The notes beneath the pieces were generated by a model. The model had not been told where the DNA came from and made no database searches. It saw only the letters and a list, made by a program, of their open reading frames with translations. From Coleofasciculus sp. B1-GNL1-01 (GTDB lineage Bacteria > Cyanobacteriota > Cyanobacteriia > Cyanobacteriales > Coleofasciculaceae): a stretch of 64,000 nucleotides of DNA. Numbering within the stretch: the stretch's first letter is position 1; every line of letters begins with the position of its first letter. This document shows positions 10,327 to 20,565 of the stretch, in pieces. Position numbers and translations under genes: made by a program. The stretch lies in assembly GCA_040220235.1 (NCBI GenBank), contig JAVJTO010000009.1, one strand, 5' to 3'.

Positions 10327-11208
10327 ATGATGAATAGATTTCCTGATTTTATCATTGTTGGTGCGGGTAAATGTGGTACGACTTCATTACATAACTATCT
10401 CGCTCAACATCCTCAAATTTACATGTGTCAAAAAAAAGAAACATTCTTTTTTATTAATGAAAAAACGCGAGAAAAACACAAGCCCTGGGGAGCAGTGACT
10501 ACTGTTGAAGACTATTGTTCCTTGTTTCAAGATGCACCCAAAGGTAGTGTAACTGGGGAAATCTCTACCAACTACTATGCCTATCCCGAATCAGCCCAAT
10601 TGATTTACCAGCACATACCAACAGTTAAAATCATTGCTATATTGAGAGATCCCGCAGAACGAGCATTTTCGGCTTATCAAATGCATGTTCGCCAAGGAAT
10701 TGAAAAGAGGAGTTTTGAACAAGTTATTTCGGAAGATAACAAATATGTAAAACGAGGATTTTATTTTTCGGAAATTATTCCTTATTTTAAAACATTTAAT
10801 CGCCAGTCTATTAAAATTCTATTGTACGATGATTTATGCCAAAATTCTATTGCGTTTATGCAAGATTTGTTTAAATTTATTGAAGTAGATGATAATTTTA
10901 TTCCAGACATGAGTAAAAAAGGAAGAAAGGGTGGACTACCTAAAAATCAATCTTTAAATCAGCTATTAACCAAACCTAATTTACTAAGGAGTTCTGTTGC
11001 GGCTGTTCTGAAATTAGCTATGCCACTACAGGTTCGGCAAAAAATTAGAGCAGTACTGATTAAGAAGAATACTTACAAAGCTAAGCTTTCTCCAGAAGCA
11101 AGAAGAAAGTTAATTGAAATTTATAAAGATGATATCCTTAAGCTTCAAGATTTACTTGAAAGGGATTTATCTAATTGGTTATCTATGCCAAATCAAGTCA
11201 AGGAATAG
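10327..11208 (+). CDS. PAPS-dependent sulfotransferase
   Basis: 5'-PSB motif PDFIIVGAGKCGTTSL and 3'-PB motif LRDPAERAFS. Confidence 0.92.
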   Translation: MMNRFPDFIIVGAGKCGTTSLHNYLAQHPQIYMCQKKETFFFINEKTREKHKPWGAVTTVEDYCSLFQDAPKGSVTGEISTNYYAYPESAQLIYQHIPTVKIIAILRDPAERAFSAYQMHVRQGIEKRSFEQVISEDNKYVKRGFYFSEIIPYFKTFNRQSIKILLYDDLCQNSIAFMQDLFKFIEVDDNFIPDMSKKGRKGGLPKNQSLNQLLTKPNLLRSSVAAVLKLAMPLQVRQKIRAVLIKKNTYKAKLSPEARRKLIEIYKDDILKLQDLLERDLSNWLSMPNQVKE

Positions 11209-11934
11209 ATGAATCTTGAATATATTCCTAATTGGTCTCAAAATAAATTTTAAAGCATTTTTTATATTATTTCTAGAGTTGATAATTTGCAACACTTTCC
11301 TAGAAGAATTATCAATTTTTAGAGTCCCTTTATGATAGTGTTCTTTAAAATCAAAGTTAAAAGTTGAATCTACATTGATAAAATCAAGTATTTCTTTAAA
11401 AAACTTTTGTTTTTCATGTACTATATCATCGTATAACAAAATCTTAATCTGCTCTCTATCAAATTTATCAAAATATTCTTTTAAGTTTTGATAATATAAA
11501 CCAGGCTGGCGAAATTTTTCTTGAGCAGAAAAAATCGATAAAATAACTGAATCAAAATCTTTTATCTCTTTTAGAGTAAAATTTTTTTTACCAGCCCATA
11601 AAATATGAGAGTAGGCTCTTTCAGCAGGATTTCGCAATACAGCAATAATTTTTATATCAGGGAATAAATTTTTAATTCTAGTAGCAACTCCATCACCATG
11701 AAGATAAACACTAGAAACCTCACCTAAAGCTTTTTGAGTAGTAGCTCCTTCAAATTGAGCTAGATATTCTCCTGCATCTCCAAGTGAATTTATGTAAGGT
11801 TTACAACTCAAACGATCACTGCCTTTATTGGCTATTAAATATATGTCAGGATGCTGCTTAAGATAATTATGGATAGAGGTTGTTGCTGCTTTATGCGCCC
11901 CAACTACTATGAAAGTAGGAGATTTCATTGTCAT
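11179..11934 (-). CDS. Sulfotransferase, AT-rich, apparently truncated at the C-terminus
   Basis: PTFIVVGAHKAATTS and LRNPAERAYS present; lacks the terminal helix of its neighbour; overlaps the convergent gene by 30 bp. Confidence 0.82.
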   Translation of the reverse strand: MTMKSPTFIVVGAHKAATTSIHNYLKQHPDIYLIANKGSDRLSCKPYINSLGDAGEYLAQFEGATTQKALGEVSSVYLHGDGVATRIKNLFPDIKIIAVLRNPAERAYSHILWAGKKNFTLKEIKDFDSVILSIFSAQEKFRQPGLYYQNLKEYFDKFDREQIKILLYDDIVHEKQKFFKEILDFINVDSTFNFDFKEHYHKGTLKIDNSSRKVLQIINSRNNIKNALKFILRPIRNIFKIHLFLDLIWHR

Positions 11935-11939
11935 TGTAA

Positions 11940-12887
11940 CTAATTGCCTCTCTCGAATTTTTTAAGGTTTTCTATATTATTTATTTTACCTTTAAGCTTT
12001 TGCCATAGATTTTTTTGCGTTGGAGTTTGCAACGATTCATCATCAGGAATATCTTCACCAAGATAGCGATAATATTTCCAGATATCCCAATAGGGACAAC
12101 CCGGTTGGATGCGAATCCCTGCCCAATGTAAATAGTCTAGGGGCTGATTGACATTTGGATCAATCAGGTGATGATCTTCAACCTGAAAATGTTTGCTACC
12201 CGCCCAACTTCCCGGCGCACCACCAGGGCGGCGCACGATATTAAATCGCTGGGAAACCTGCTTCAATATCATATAGTTAATGATAGGTTGATCTGATGTT
12301 TTTTGGGAAAAGTCAAAGTATTCTGGATGAGATGCACATTCGGTGAATGTTTGATAGAGTGTTTCCTCAGATATCGTATTTTTCTTGGCTCCCCAAAATC
12401 CGCCATTGAACATATCCTGAATATCATTTTCGCTAAATACATCGTCTTCTATGACTTTTGGTGTAAATACATTTTTTATGCCGCCGCTATGTTGATAGTC
12501 ATAGCAAATAAAATCATACTTATCTAAATAGACTGTTGTTTCTATTATTTTATCAAAGACAACGATATCTGTATCAATATAAATAAATTTATCAAAAGCG
12601 CCAAACCAACAAGCTTGTTTGCGGAATTGATTGGGTCGAGCAAAAAATCCTTTGCCAAATATTTCGTATAACTGATTGGAGAGACGTTCAATAAAGTCTA
12701 AGTCTTGATAGAGTTCTACCTGATAGGAGTCTTTTAAGAGTTTAGCAATGGTTTGATAGTTATCATCATAAGGAATTAAGCAAATCGGCGTATCCGAATC
12801 ATGCAACCGGATACTCTTGAGCAGCGCGATCGCCTGCTCGATTACTTTGTCATTTGCGGTAATATAAATGCCACGCTCTTTGTTCAT
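11940..12887 (-). CDS. Npun_R2821/R2822-family GT-A fold glycosyltransferase-like protein
   Basis: GIYITAND, YIDTDI (DxD), FNGGFWG, SDQPIINY, YLHWAG. Confidence 0.8.
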   Translation of the reverse strand: MNKERGIYITANDKVIEQAIALLKSIRLHDSDTPICLIPYDDNYQTIAKLLKDSYQVELYQDLDFIERLSNQLYEIFGKGFFARPNQFRKQACWFGAFDKFIYIDTDIVVFDKIIETTVYLDKYDFICYDYQHSGGIKNVFTPKVIEDDVFSENDIQDMFNGGFWGAKKNTISEETLYQTFTECASHPEYFDFSQKTSDQPIINYMILKQVSQRFNIVRRPGGAPGSWAGSKHFQVEDHHLIDPNVNQPLDYLHWAGIRIQPGCPYWDIWKYYRYLGEDIPDDESLQTPTQKNLWQKLKGKINNIENLKKFERGN

Positions 12888-12919
12888 TTTTTAGTTATGA
12901 TAATAAGTAACTTTGGAGA

Positions 12920-13912
12920 TTAAGATAATTTTAACTTCTTCAAGAGTCGCTGAGGCAAGCTGGGGGGTTGATTGTAAGGTTTGGGTTTAGTGGTAAATTG
13001 CGGCTTTTTATCCGGTTCATGAAGATAGCGATAGTGTAAAAACAAATCTCGATACGGAAAATCAATATTTTCGCCAGCACAGACTTTAGCAATTAATTTG
13101 GACGATACGCCAATGTAGTGCATATAGGTGAGTCGATTGCCTTTATCATACAGAATATGGTCATTTTCCTGAAAATGTGTTGAGGTTACACAACATCCGG
13201 TTCGTTGTTCTTTGGGTAACTCTAAAGCAAAGTTATAGATTGATAAATTCGGTCGCATCATCATGTAGTTGAGGAGAGTTTGATCCGGTGCCATGGGATA
13301 AAGAACTTCAGCCTCTCCTGCTTCAAGTTGATCAATGAGCCAGTTGCGCCGTTCTTGATCAAATAAACCTTGGTTTGAAGCATAAAAACCCGAACAAAAG
13401 ATTTCTGTTTTCAGTCTTTCGGCGGGGAAGAGTTCAGTTAGCTTAGGCAAATCAATCGTGTATACATGAGTTAAGTCTTTGTGCTGAAAGTCATACACCA
13501 CAAAGTCATTGTCTGGAAGTTTAGCCAAGATAAACTCGATGGGTGACATCAGCAACGTATCTGCATCCATGTACAAGAAGCGATCAAACGGTGCATCAAA
13601 AGCACAATAACGCCGATGGGTGCCAAATCGATGATAACCGCTACTGCCAACTTGACGCCAACGTTGCTGGGCGGTGGGATGACTATCCCAAGCCTTTTGT
13701 GCAAACTTATCCCAGCGCTGGATGGACTCAACATTATCATAGAGTTGGACGTTGGGACGACGGGCAATTTCAGCGGCAATTTTTGTCGTGTTGTCGTTGT
13801 AGGGATAGACACAGACAGGCATTTGTGAACCTTGAATTGCCTCAATACTGTTGAGTAAGGCAACCAGTTGGTCGTAAACTGGGTCACTGGCTAGGGTACA
13901 AATTCCGTCCAT
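12920..13912 (-). CDS. Npun_R2821/R2822-family GT-A fold glycosyltransferase-like protein
   Basis: GICTLASD, YMDADT (DxD), FCSGFY, PDQTLLNY, YMHYIG. Confidence 0.8.
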   Translation of the reverse strand: MDGICTLASDPVYDQLVALLNSIEAIQGSQMPVCVYPYNDNTTKIAAEIARRPNVQLYDNVESIQRWDKFAQKAWDSHPTAQQRWRQVGSSGYHRFGTHRRYCAFDAPFDRFLYMDADTLLMSPIEFILAKLPDNDFVVYDFQHKDLTHVYTIDLPKLTELFPAERLKTEIFCSGFYASNQGLFDQERRNWLIDQLEAGEAEVLYPMAPDQTLLNYMMMRPNLSIYNFALELPKEQRTGCCVTSTHFQENDHILYDKGNRLTYMHYIGVSSKLIAKVCAGENIDFPYRDLFLHYRYLHEPDKKPQFTTKPKPYNQPPSLPQRLLKKLKLS

Positions 13913-13917
13913 GGTGT

Positions 13918-14871
13918 TTAATCGAATTTAGCGACAAAATCAGATAACCAATTCAGAAGATTGAGTTTGTGTAGGATGATTTGTCTGGCTTGTGCGATCG
14001 CGTCCTTGGCTTCATACCAAGCATCCGGGGTTGAGGTTACTTCTTTAATATAAGCGATGCCCTGCTCATCTAAGCTAGGGAGTCGCAAAAAGCTGCCGGG
14101 TGGCAGTAATTTATCCGCCGCCGAACCGCCGTAGTAAATGGGTAAACACCAGGCTAGCAAAGCATCCCATAGTTTTTCGCTGACATACCAATCATTCCCA
14201 GCATAGTTTTCGATCGCTAAATTATAGTAGTACGGTGCCATGCCATGCCATTTGTTTTTCAGGGTACCCTTTGCCTGCGCCCAGTCGGGTAATCCACGCC
14301 CGTAGAGGTCAAATTCAAATCCACTATCTTGTAATGATTTTAAGAACGCTAAACGTCTACGATGTTCGGCGGTGCGATCAATTCCAGAGGTGATCCAACT
14401 ACAAGCGTGTATTTTTTCCGGTGGTATCATTTCATTTAATTCTCGGAAGGAATTAGCGTGATACCAAATTGCGGGCATATAATCAGGCGTTGGGGCAAAA
14501 TCATCGGGACCTGAAATGTAACCACAATAATTTTTCGCGGCTTCATAATTTGCCCGATTAGTTTGAACAACTTTTTCCAGGGGCGGTTCTCGTAATAAGT
14601 AGATTATCCGCTCTTTGGGAACGCCGCGTAACTGGGAGGCTACATCAGGTTTTGAACTCTTTTTTTGGCGTAAACGTTGCCACCATGGAAGTTTAGGGTG
14701 AGGTTTGGGAAACGAATACTGGTACATGAGCAGAAAATCTGGCTCAGGGGCTTGGGAAAGCATTTGAATGTTATCCCAGATTCCACAAGGGTTTGGCGTT
14801 TGTTGCCATAGCCAGTCCGCTTGATTAAGCCCTCGATAACTACTAATCATTCCGACAATTTTTCTGCCCAT
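13918..14871 (-). CDS. Glycosyltransferase family 10 (alpha-1,3-fucosyltransferase-like)
   Basis: GT10 motif YYYNLAIENY...YVSEKLWDALLAWCLPIYYG. Confidence 0.88.
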   Translation of the reverse strand: MGRKIVGMISSYRGLNQADWLWQQTPNPCGIWDNIQMLSQAPEPDFLLMYQYSFPKPHPKLPWWQRLRQKKSSKPDVASQLRGVPKERIIYLLREPPLEKVVQTNRANYEAAKNYCGYISGPDDFAPTPDYMPAIWYHANSFRELNEMIPPEKIHACSWITSGIDRTAEHRRRLAFLKSLQDSGFEFDLYGRGLPDWAQAKGTLKNKWHGMAPYYYNLAIENYAGNDWYVSEKLWDALLAWCLPIYYGGSAADKLLPPGSFLRLPSLDEQGIAYIKEVTSTPDAWYEAKDAIAQARQIILHKLNLLNWLSDFVAKFD

Positions 14872-15048
14872 GTTTTTTTGTCAGTCTACCGTATCAGTCT
14901 TAGCATTTATTCTGCCAGTCAGCCAACTGCAACAATTGGGGAATAGATTTTATGGTTAAATCGGGCGGGCGCATGTCTGTGCGCCCCTACGGTTTCTGGG
15001 CTAAGGGTTAATTCATCTTGCTGAGATGGGCTACGCCACTACTACCTA

Positions 15049-18000
15049 CTACCAAGGACTACCCACCAGAGTTAAAGCACTCCAGTAGTAAGGATGGGTA
15101 AAATCTTGGTCTGGCGTTTGGGCGAGTTCGGGGTTTAAGGGAATCTGTATATCCCCGGCGATTAACTGTTTGTCCTCTAATCGGACTTCACCGTTAAGCA
15201 TCGCCAGTTGAGTTTGGCGCAAGGCTTCGGCTTTAATTGGCGCTTGTTGCAAATGGTCATAAAAGCTGGTCATGAATCCCAGAGTACCCGTATCGCTAAC
15301 ATACCAGAGACTGCCTAAGGCGGACTTGACCCCAGCTTGTATGGCTAAACCTGCAAACCCCAATTCGGCTTCTCTGTCTCCCAAAGCGGTACGACAAGCG
15401 CTGAGGATCAACAATTCTGTGGGGGGATTATTTAATCCGAGTTGACGCAATTGATCTAGTCTCAGCTTTTGGTTCCATAACTGGATATAGGAGTTAGAGG
15501 GTTGACCCGATTTAAACTCGCCGTGAGTGGCTAAGTGGACAATACCAAAGGGTTGGGATGAGCGGATTTCCTTGATATTCTCCAAGGTAAACTCTTGGTT
15601 GAGAAATGCTTTACCTTGCCACAAGGGACCTGCGATCGCAGATAATTCTAAGGGTACAGCAGGTAAGGGATTCAGATCCTCGAATGTCTCAGCCCCCATG
15701 GCGAGAACCCCAACATCGCGGATATCCACGTAACGAGTATCGGTTAGCGATAGACTGGGCATTAAGCCAACGCTATAACGTTCGATCAGAAATCCTTCAC
15801 CATCATGGAGTGCGGCTACAGGCAAAGAACGCAATCCCTCATCCATGATGAAGGCAAGGTTATCAATCTCTTGGGTTTGTAGATTTTCTTCTAGGGGAGC
15901 AACAAGCCATTGATAAAGTTGTTGTCCTGGCGTGATATAGTCACGGGGAATCCTGACGTTGGTGACGTTGCGGCGAAATTCCTGAGCGACTTCTAAAACT
16001 TGTCCACGGGTTACTCCAGCGATGCGTCGCCGTATCGGGGGTTCCTCGGCGGAGATGATCAGCAGTTCTAATTGATCACTCTCTTGGGGGGTAATTGTAA
16101 CATGGGGTCCGGAGCGATTGAGGTAGTTATCAAACGCCTCGGTATTATTTGTTTCTAATCCGATATAGTTGGTGTTTTTTGAGATTTCAGTTGGCGCAAA
16201 GCTGACATAAATGAGTGCGGGTTTTTCCCCTGTTGCTTGTTCAATTTCACTGAGAATTTGACGCGCTTCTGTCTCGCTTTTGATTGGGGTACTGACGCGA
16301 TTGGATGCGATGGGTTGGACGACTGGGAAGGATTCGATCTTCTCTTCTACTTCATTTTGTAGCAGGATAGCCGTTAGACGTGCAGAAGATTCTAGTATTC
16401 CATCATCTGACATATCATCATCTGACATACCATCATCTGACGGTAACTCAACATTAACGCTAACCTGTTGCGGTTCAGAGAAGGAGACGCGATCGCTCCC
16501 TACAATAGTAAACGCTGCAATGTCGCCCGTCTCATCTATTGGCGGGGTATATACCAACACATCATCGACGGATAGTTCTGTTTCCGAAGTCACAGGTGTA
16601 CCATCTTCTAGGGTCAGCGTTCCGGCAGTAATTTCGCTAATTTGGATTATGGTATTATCACCATTTTCATCTGCCACTTCTATATCTAAATCCGATAATG
16701 TAAATGTAATCGATTCATTTGTTTCTGTCGTTGGCAATAATACATCAGCAGTTAAACTCGGAGATTGATTGACAAACGTAATATTAATATTGCCCTGAGA
16801 TGAGGTTATCGTTTCTGGTATCAGAGTACCTGGAGATGGAATTTCTTGATCGGGGAGAATTGTACTACTTTCACCCGCATTAATTCCACCTGCTGTTCCA
16901 TTGATACTGGCATCTCCTACCGTAAATAACTCATTATCAATTCCACCATTATGAGTAATGTCTACTATACCCGACTCAGTATTTCCTTCGGTTTTAATCG
17001 TGATATCCGTTTCTGAAATTGTCCCCACACCCCTGACTAAACCATCGGGAATTCCATTGGCGGTGATGCTAACATTACCTCCGATTCCATCGGCTAAGTC
17101 AGAAAACGCTGAGGTGTCGATACTCTCAAATACAATGCTACTTCCCTCTAAGGTTACTGAATTACCTGTTGCCGTTCCGGTTTCATCTGAAGCGAAAGAA
17201 GATGCCGTTGTATCAATTGATCCTGTTTGAATAGCTTCAGTAGCATTGAAGTTGACTTCACCTCCAGTTGCAAAACTCGAAGTAACCACACCTGCACTAC
17301 TAAAAGCCGAAGACAATGCAGAGGAATTGATAGTATTTGTATTTATAGAACCTGTTGCGGAATTTAGGCTCACTAATCCTCCAGTTGCAGAACCCGCCGT
17401 AGCCGAACCTTCAATAGCAAACGCTGAAGACGATGTTGAGGAGTCAATGATGCCTGTTACATCGATATCGCTTCCAGCCTCAATGGTTACTGAGCCACCT
17501 ATACTATTAAGTTCGCCATCGCTGCTACCTGAGGTATTAATTCCGTCTGTTGTAATAGTGCCTGATGCGACTAACTCCACAGCACCCCCTTGGGAATTTT
17601 CGCTACTGAACCTTGCTGTATTAATGGAAGAGGAATTAATTTCACCCGTCTGAATATTTCCACCCGCTTCTAAGTTGACTGCTCCCCCTTCAGACCCGTA
17701 AAAATTATCACCCTCAAAAAATGAATTAATCGCAGCGGTAACAATATCGCCGTCGGAGGTTAAGTTAACCGCTCCACCTGTGGGAGAGCCAGAACCAGCC
17801 CACGTTGAACTCGAATTAATTTCTCCAGTTGTAATACCAGTCGGTGCATTTAGAGTAATTGCACCGCCATTGCTATCTGCAGAACTAGAATTTAGTGTTC
17901 CTCCTGTGCTGTCAATAAAACCACTGGAACTGGTCAGTTCAATCGTGCCACCCGCTGTGATTATATTATTATTAACCTCAATATTACCATTGGCTAACAA

Positions 18001-20322
18001 AAATACATTGAGTGGTTCACCACCCTCACCATCGGCACTAAAAATTTCAGCGTTGATGAAAATATCATTGGCAGCATCTAAGGTCAGGTTTCTCTCACTA
18101 AATGAAAAGCTAGAAAGGTCAGCGGCTAACGTAATATTACCTTCTTGATTTCCTGTGTCTCCTGTGGTAATTGTGACGCTGGTTCCTAAATCGAGAGCTG
18201 CTTCAATGTCAGCTACATTGATTATTGCACCATCCGCCGTTGGTGTGAACGTTCCATCAATAAATGTCCCGTCACTGGTATCCATATCCGTAATTGTGAC
18301 ATTACGTGGATCGAGTAACCAACTCCCAGGTAAACCATTAGCCGCACTCGCATCGACTGATCCACCAATGGATTCCAACAAGTTTTTCCCGGATGTTTCG
18401 ACAAACCCACCATTACCGCTTTCTGGACCTCCTCGCGCTGTGATTGTCCCAGAAAAGCGGGTAAAATCATCTGACCAAATAATAACACGCCCGCCATTTC
18501 CATTCACTCTGGCATCGGCATTAATAGTTACTTGATTACCGACTACAGTTGTGTCAGCCGTCGGAATTGTACCTTGCCCTTTATACTCGCCGCCAACTCG
18601 GATTTCACCCCCACCTGTGTCACCCGAAACATTAATTTGGGCTTGATCGACTAAACCGACAACAGTTCCGAAAACGTCTACATTTCCACCCACTGAATCC
18701 GCAGAAGCATCCACTGTTCCCGATACAATTGCGGTTCCTGGTTGCTGAGGAATTACCGTACCTGCGGTAGTTTGTACTGTGTTATCTTCATTAACCGTTA
18801 AACCCGTTTCCTGATTACTTCCTGTGAGTAATTCCGGCAACATTAGGGGGGTGATGGCGTTAGGGTTATTGGTGGATACCTCCAAACTTAATACTTGTCC
18901 TGTTTGCGTCAGACGCAAACGGCTGGTTCCCGGAACTGCCGCAATGGTAATTGTGCCACCAGTCGCTTCCATTGTCCCTGTATTGATAACATTTCCCCCA
19001 ACTAGGGAGAGTGTCTGCCCTTCGGATACAGCTAAATTACCTGCGTTAACAATACTTCCAGGCTGTGAGGTGGCAAACTCAAAGGCACTGGGATTACCGA
19101 CAAGGTTGATATAATTAGTTGAACCTACAGCGTTAAACCAACCCCCATCAAAACCAATTCCTGTAGCTGTTGTTGCCGTAAAATCAGCCGGAACATTCAG
19201 ACTAGCGTTAGCCCCAAATACAATCCCCGAAGGATTCATCAAAAACAAATTGGAGTTGCCACCTGTGACTTGAACTAAACCATTAATGATTGAAGGATAT
19301 CCCCCATTGACCCGCCCTAGTATGTTTTGAATCGAGGGTTGAGAAATAAAGTTGGCAATTTGTTCGCTGTCTAATCCAAATTGACTAAAACTGTGGAACA
19401 GATTCGCCCCATCTCCCGATAATGTACCGCCTGCGATATCGATCTGATCGCCTATTGGTGTAACCTGAGTTCCTGTACCATCTGCTGATGGTGTAATTTG
19501 TGCCTGTGCTGGCATAAAATTTATAGCAGCTATGAGGGGAAGTGCCGCGAATGATACTATCTGTTTCAACACTTTGCGAATTGGACGGATACAGGCAGGT
19601 TTTGAGGATAAACCTGATCGGTTGATTGAACTGCGGCGTGCGATCGCCCAAGCCACAGCTTTACGGGCTTGCAGACGTTGCTCAATGGAGTGCTGATAAC
19701 ATATACTGTCTGAATGATTGCGATAATAATAGAGCGGTTTTTTCAGGTGGTATACGTCTGTTAGTTCAGAAAGTCGTAAGGATAGATCGTAGTCTTCAAC
19801 ATAGTAAAATAACTCATCAATTCCTCCCACTTTGTCATAGACGGAACGACGGATTAACCGGAAGTGAAAGGTCATGAATTTTTGTAACATTCCTTCTTTT
19901 GAGAAGGGAATACGACATCGACTGCCATAACCTGTCACGTTACCGCTTTTATTGATTACTTGGTAGTCGGTGTAAACCATTCCTACCTCTGGCTGAGTAT
20001 CCAAAATCGCGGCGGTTTCCGCCAAGGCGGTAGGGGCTAATCTGTCATCGCTATCCACCCAACCAATATAAGAACCCGTGGTTTGGGCGATCGCACGTTT
20101 GAGGGAAATACCTCGTCCTTGATGTTCAGCCGCGACTACCCGGACTCGGGGATCGCGTTTAGCATAGTCTTGGGCAATCGTAACTGATTGATCCGTTGAC
20201 CCATCATCCCACACAATTAACTCAAAATCCCCCCAGGTTTGTGCCAGTATGCTGTCAATGGCTGCACCGAGGTAATTTTCTCGGTTATAGGTGGTGATGA
20301 CAAGAGAAATGGCGGTAGTCAT
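15049..20322 (-). CDS. Fusion protein: GT2 glycosyltransferase + internal signal peptide + filamentous-haemagglutinin (TPS) domain and beta-helix repeats + cadherin-like domain + CHAT protease
   Basis: aa 1-230 GT2 (ITTYNRE, DDGSTD, VDSDD, EDYD). AQA|QITP at aa 274/275. NLFHSFSQF and NPSGI TPS motifs. CHAT dyad in VHLATHG and LSACRTA; ends HPYYWSALTLVGSPW. Confidence 0.9.
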   Translation of the reverse strand: MTTAISLVITTYNRENYLGAAIDSILAQTWGDFELIVWDDGSTDQSVTIAQDYAKRDPRVRVVAAEHQGRGISLKRAIAQTTGSYIGWVDSDDRLAPTALAETAAILDTQPEVGMVYTDYQVINKSGNVTGYGSRCRIPFSKEGMLQKFMTFHFRLIRRSVYDKVGGIDELFYYVEDYDLSLRLSELTDVYHLKKPLYYYRNHSDSICYQHSIEQRLQARKAVAWAIARRSSINRSGLSSKPACIRPIRKVLKQIVSFAALPLIAAINFMPAQAQITPSADGTGTQVTPIGDQIDIAGGTLSGDGANLFHSFSQFGLDSEQIANFISQPSIQNILGRVNGGYPSIINGLVQVTGGNSNLFLMNPSGIVFGANASLNVPADFTATTATGIGFDGGWFNAVGSTNYINLVGNPSAFEFATSQPGSIVNAGNLAVSEGQTLSLVGGNVINTGTMEATGGTITIAAVPGTSRLRLTQTGQVLSLEVSTNNPNAITPLMLPELLTGSNQETGLTVNEDNTVQTTAGTVIPQQPGTAIVSGTVDASADSVGGNVDVFGTVVGLVDQAQINVSGDTGGGEIRVGGEYKGQGTIPTADTTVVGNQVTINADARVNGNGGRVIIWSDDFTRFSGTITARGGPESGNGGFVETSGKNLLESIGGSVDASAANGLPGSWLLDPRNVTITDMDTSDGTFIDGTFTPTADGAIINVADIEAALDLGTSVTITTGDTGNQEGNITLAADLSSFSFSERNLTLDAANDIFINAEIFSADGEGGEPLNVFLLANGNIEVNNNIITAGGTIELTSSSGFIDSTGGTLNSSSADSNGGAITLNAPTGITTGEINSSSTWAGSGSPTGGAVNLTSDGDIVTAAINSFFEGDNFYGSEGGAVNLEAGGNIQTGEINSSSINTARFSSENSQGGAVELVASGTITTDGINTSGSSDGELNSIGGSVTIEAGSDIDVTGIIDSSTSSSAFAIEGSATAGSATGGLVSLNSATGSINTNTINSSALSSAFSSAGVVTSSFATGGEVNFNATEAIQTGSIDTTASSFASDETGTATGNSVTLEGSSIVFESIDTSAFSDLADGIGGNVSITANGIPDGLVRGVGTISETDITIKTEGNTESGIVDITHNGGIDNELFTVGDASINGTAGGINAGESSTILPDQEIPSPGTLIPETITSSQGNINITFVNQSPSLTADVLLPTTETNESITFTLSDLDIEVADENGDNTIIQISEITAGTLTLEDGTPVTSETELSVDDVLVYTPPIDETGDIAAFTIVGSDRVSFSEPQQVSVNVELPSDDGMSDDDMSDDGILESSARLTAILLQNEVEEKIESFPVVQPIASNRVSTPIKSETEARQILSEIEQATGEKPALIYVSFAPTEISKNTNYIGLETNNTEAFDNYLNRSGPHVTITPQESDQLELLIISAEEPPIRRRIAGVTRGQVLEVAQEFRRNVTNVRIPRDYITPGQQLYQWLVAPLEENLQTQEIDNLAFIMDEGLRSLPVAALHDGEGFLIERYSVGLMPSLSLTDTRYVDIRDVGVLAMGAETFEDLNPLPAVPLELSAIAGPLWQGKAFLNQEFTLENIKEIRSSQPFGIVHLATHGEFKSGQPSNSYIQLWNQKLRLDQLRQLGLNNPPTELLILSACRTALGDREAELGFAGLAIQAGVKSALGSLWYVSDTGTLGFMTSFYDHLQQAPIKAEALRQTQLAMLNGEVRLEDKQLIAGDIQIPLNPELAQTPDQDFTHPYYWSALTLVGSPW

Positions 20323-20565
20323 AGCATCCTCCAGAAGGGTGGTTTTGGGGGCTTGAGGTGTGGGAGATCGGCTAGTGTGATCGCGGATTAGATCCTACTG
20401 TCTATCGTAGTCGAGGGATTTGCGATAGGCTAATTTCATAAAATAAGTTAACTATTATTGATGCTGTTCAAGTTTACCTCGATAAGGACACGACCATGCC
20501 GTGTCCCTACCTCTATTTAACAGGTCTTAAATCAGCGATATTTAACCTCAGATCTAACCCATTGC

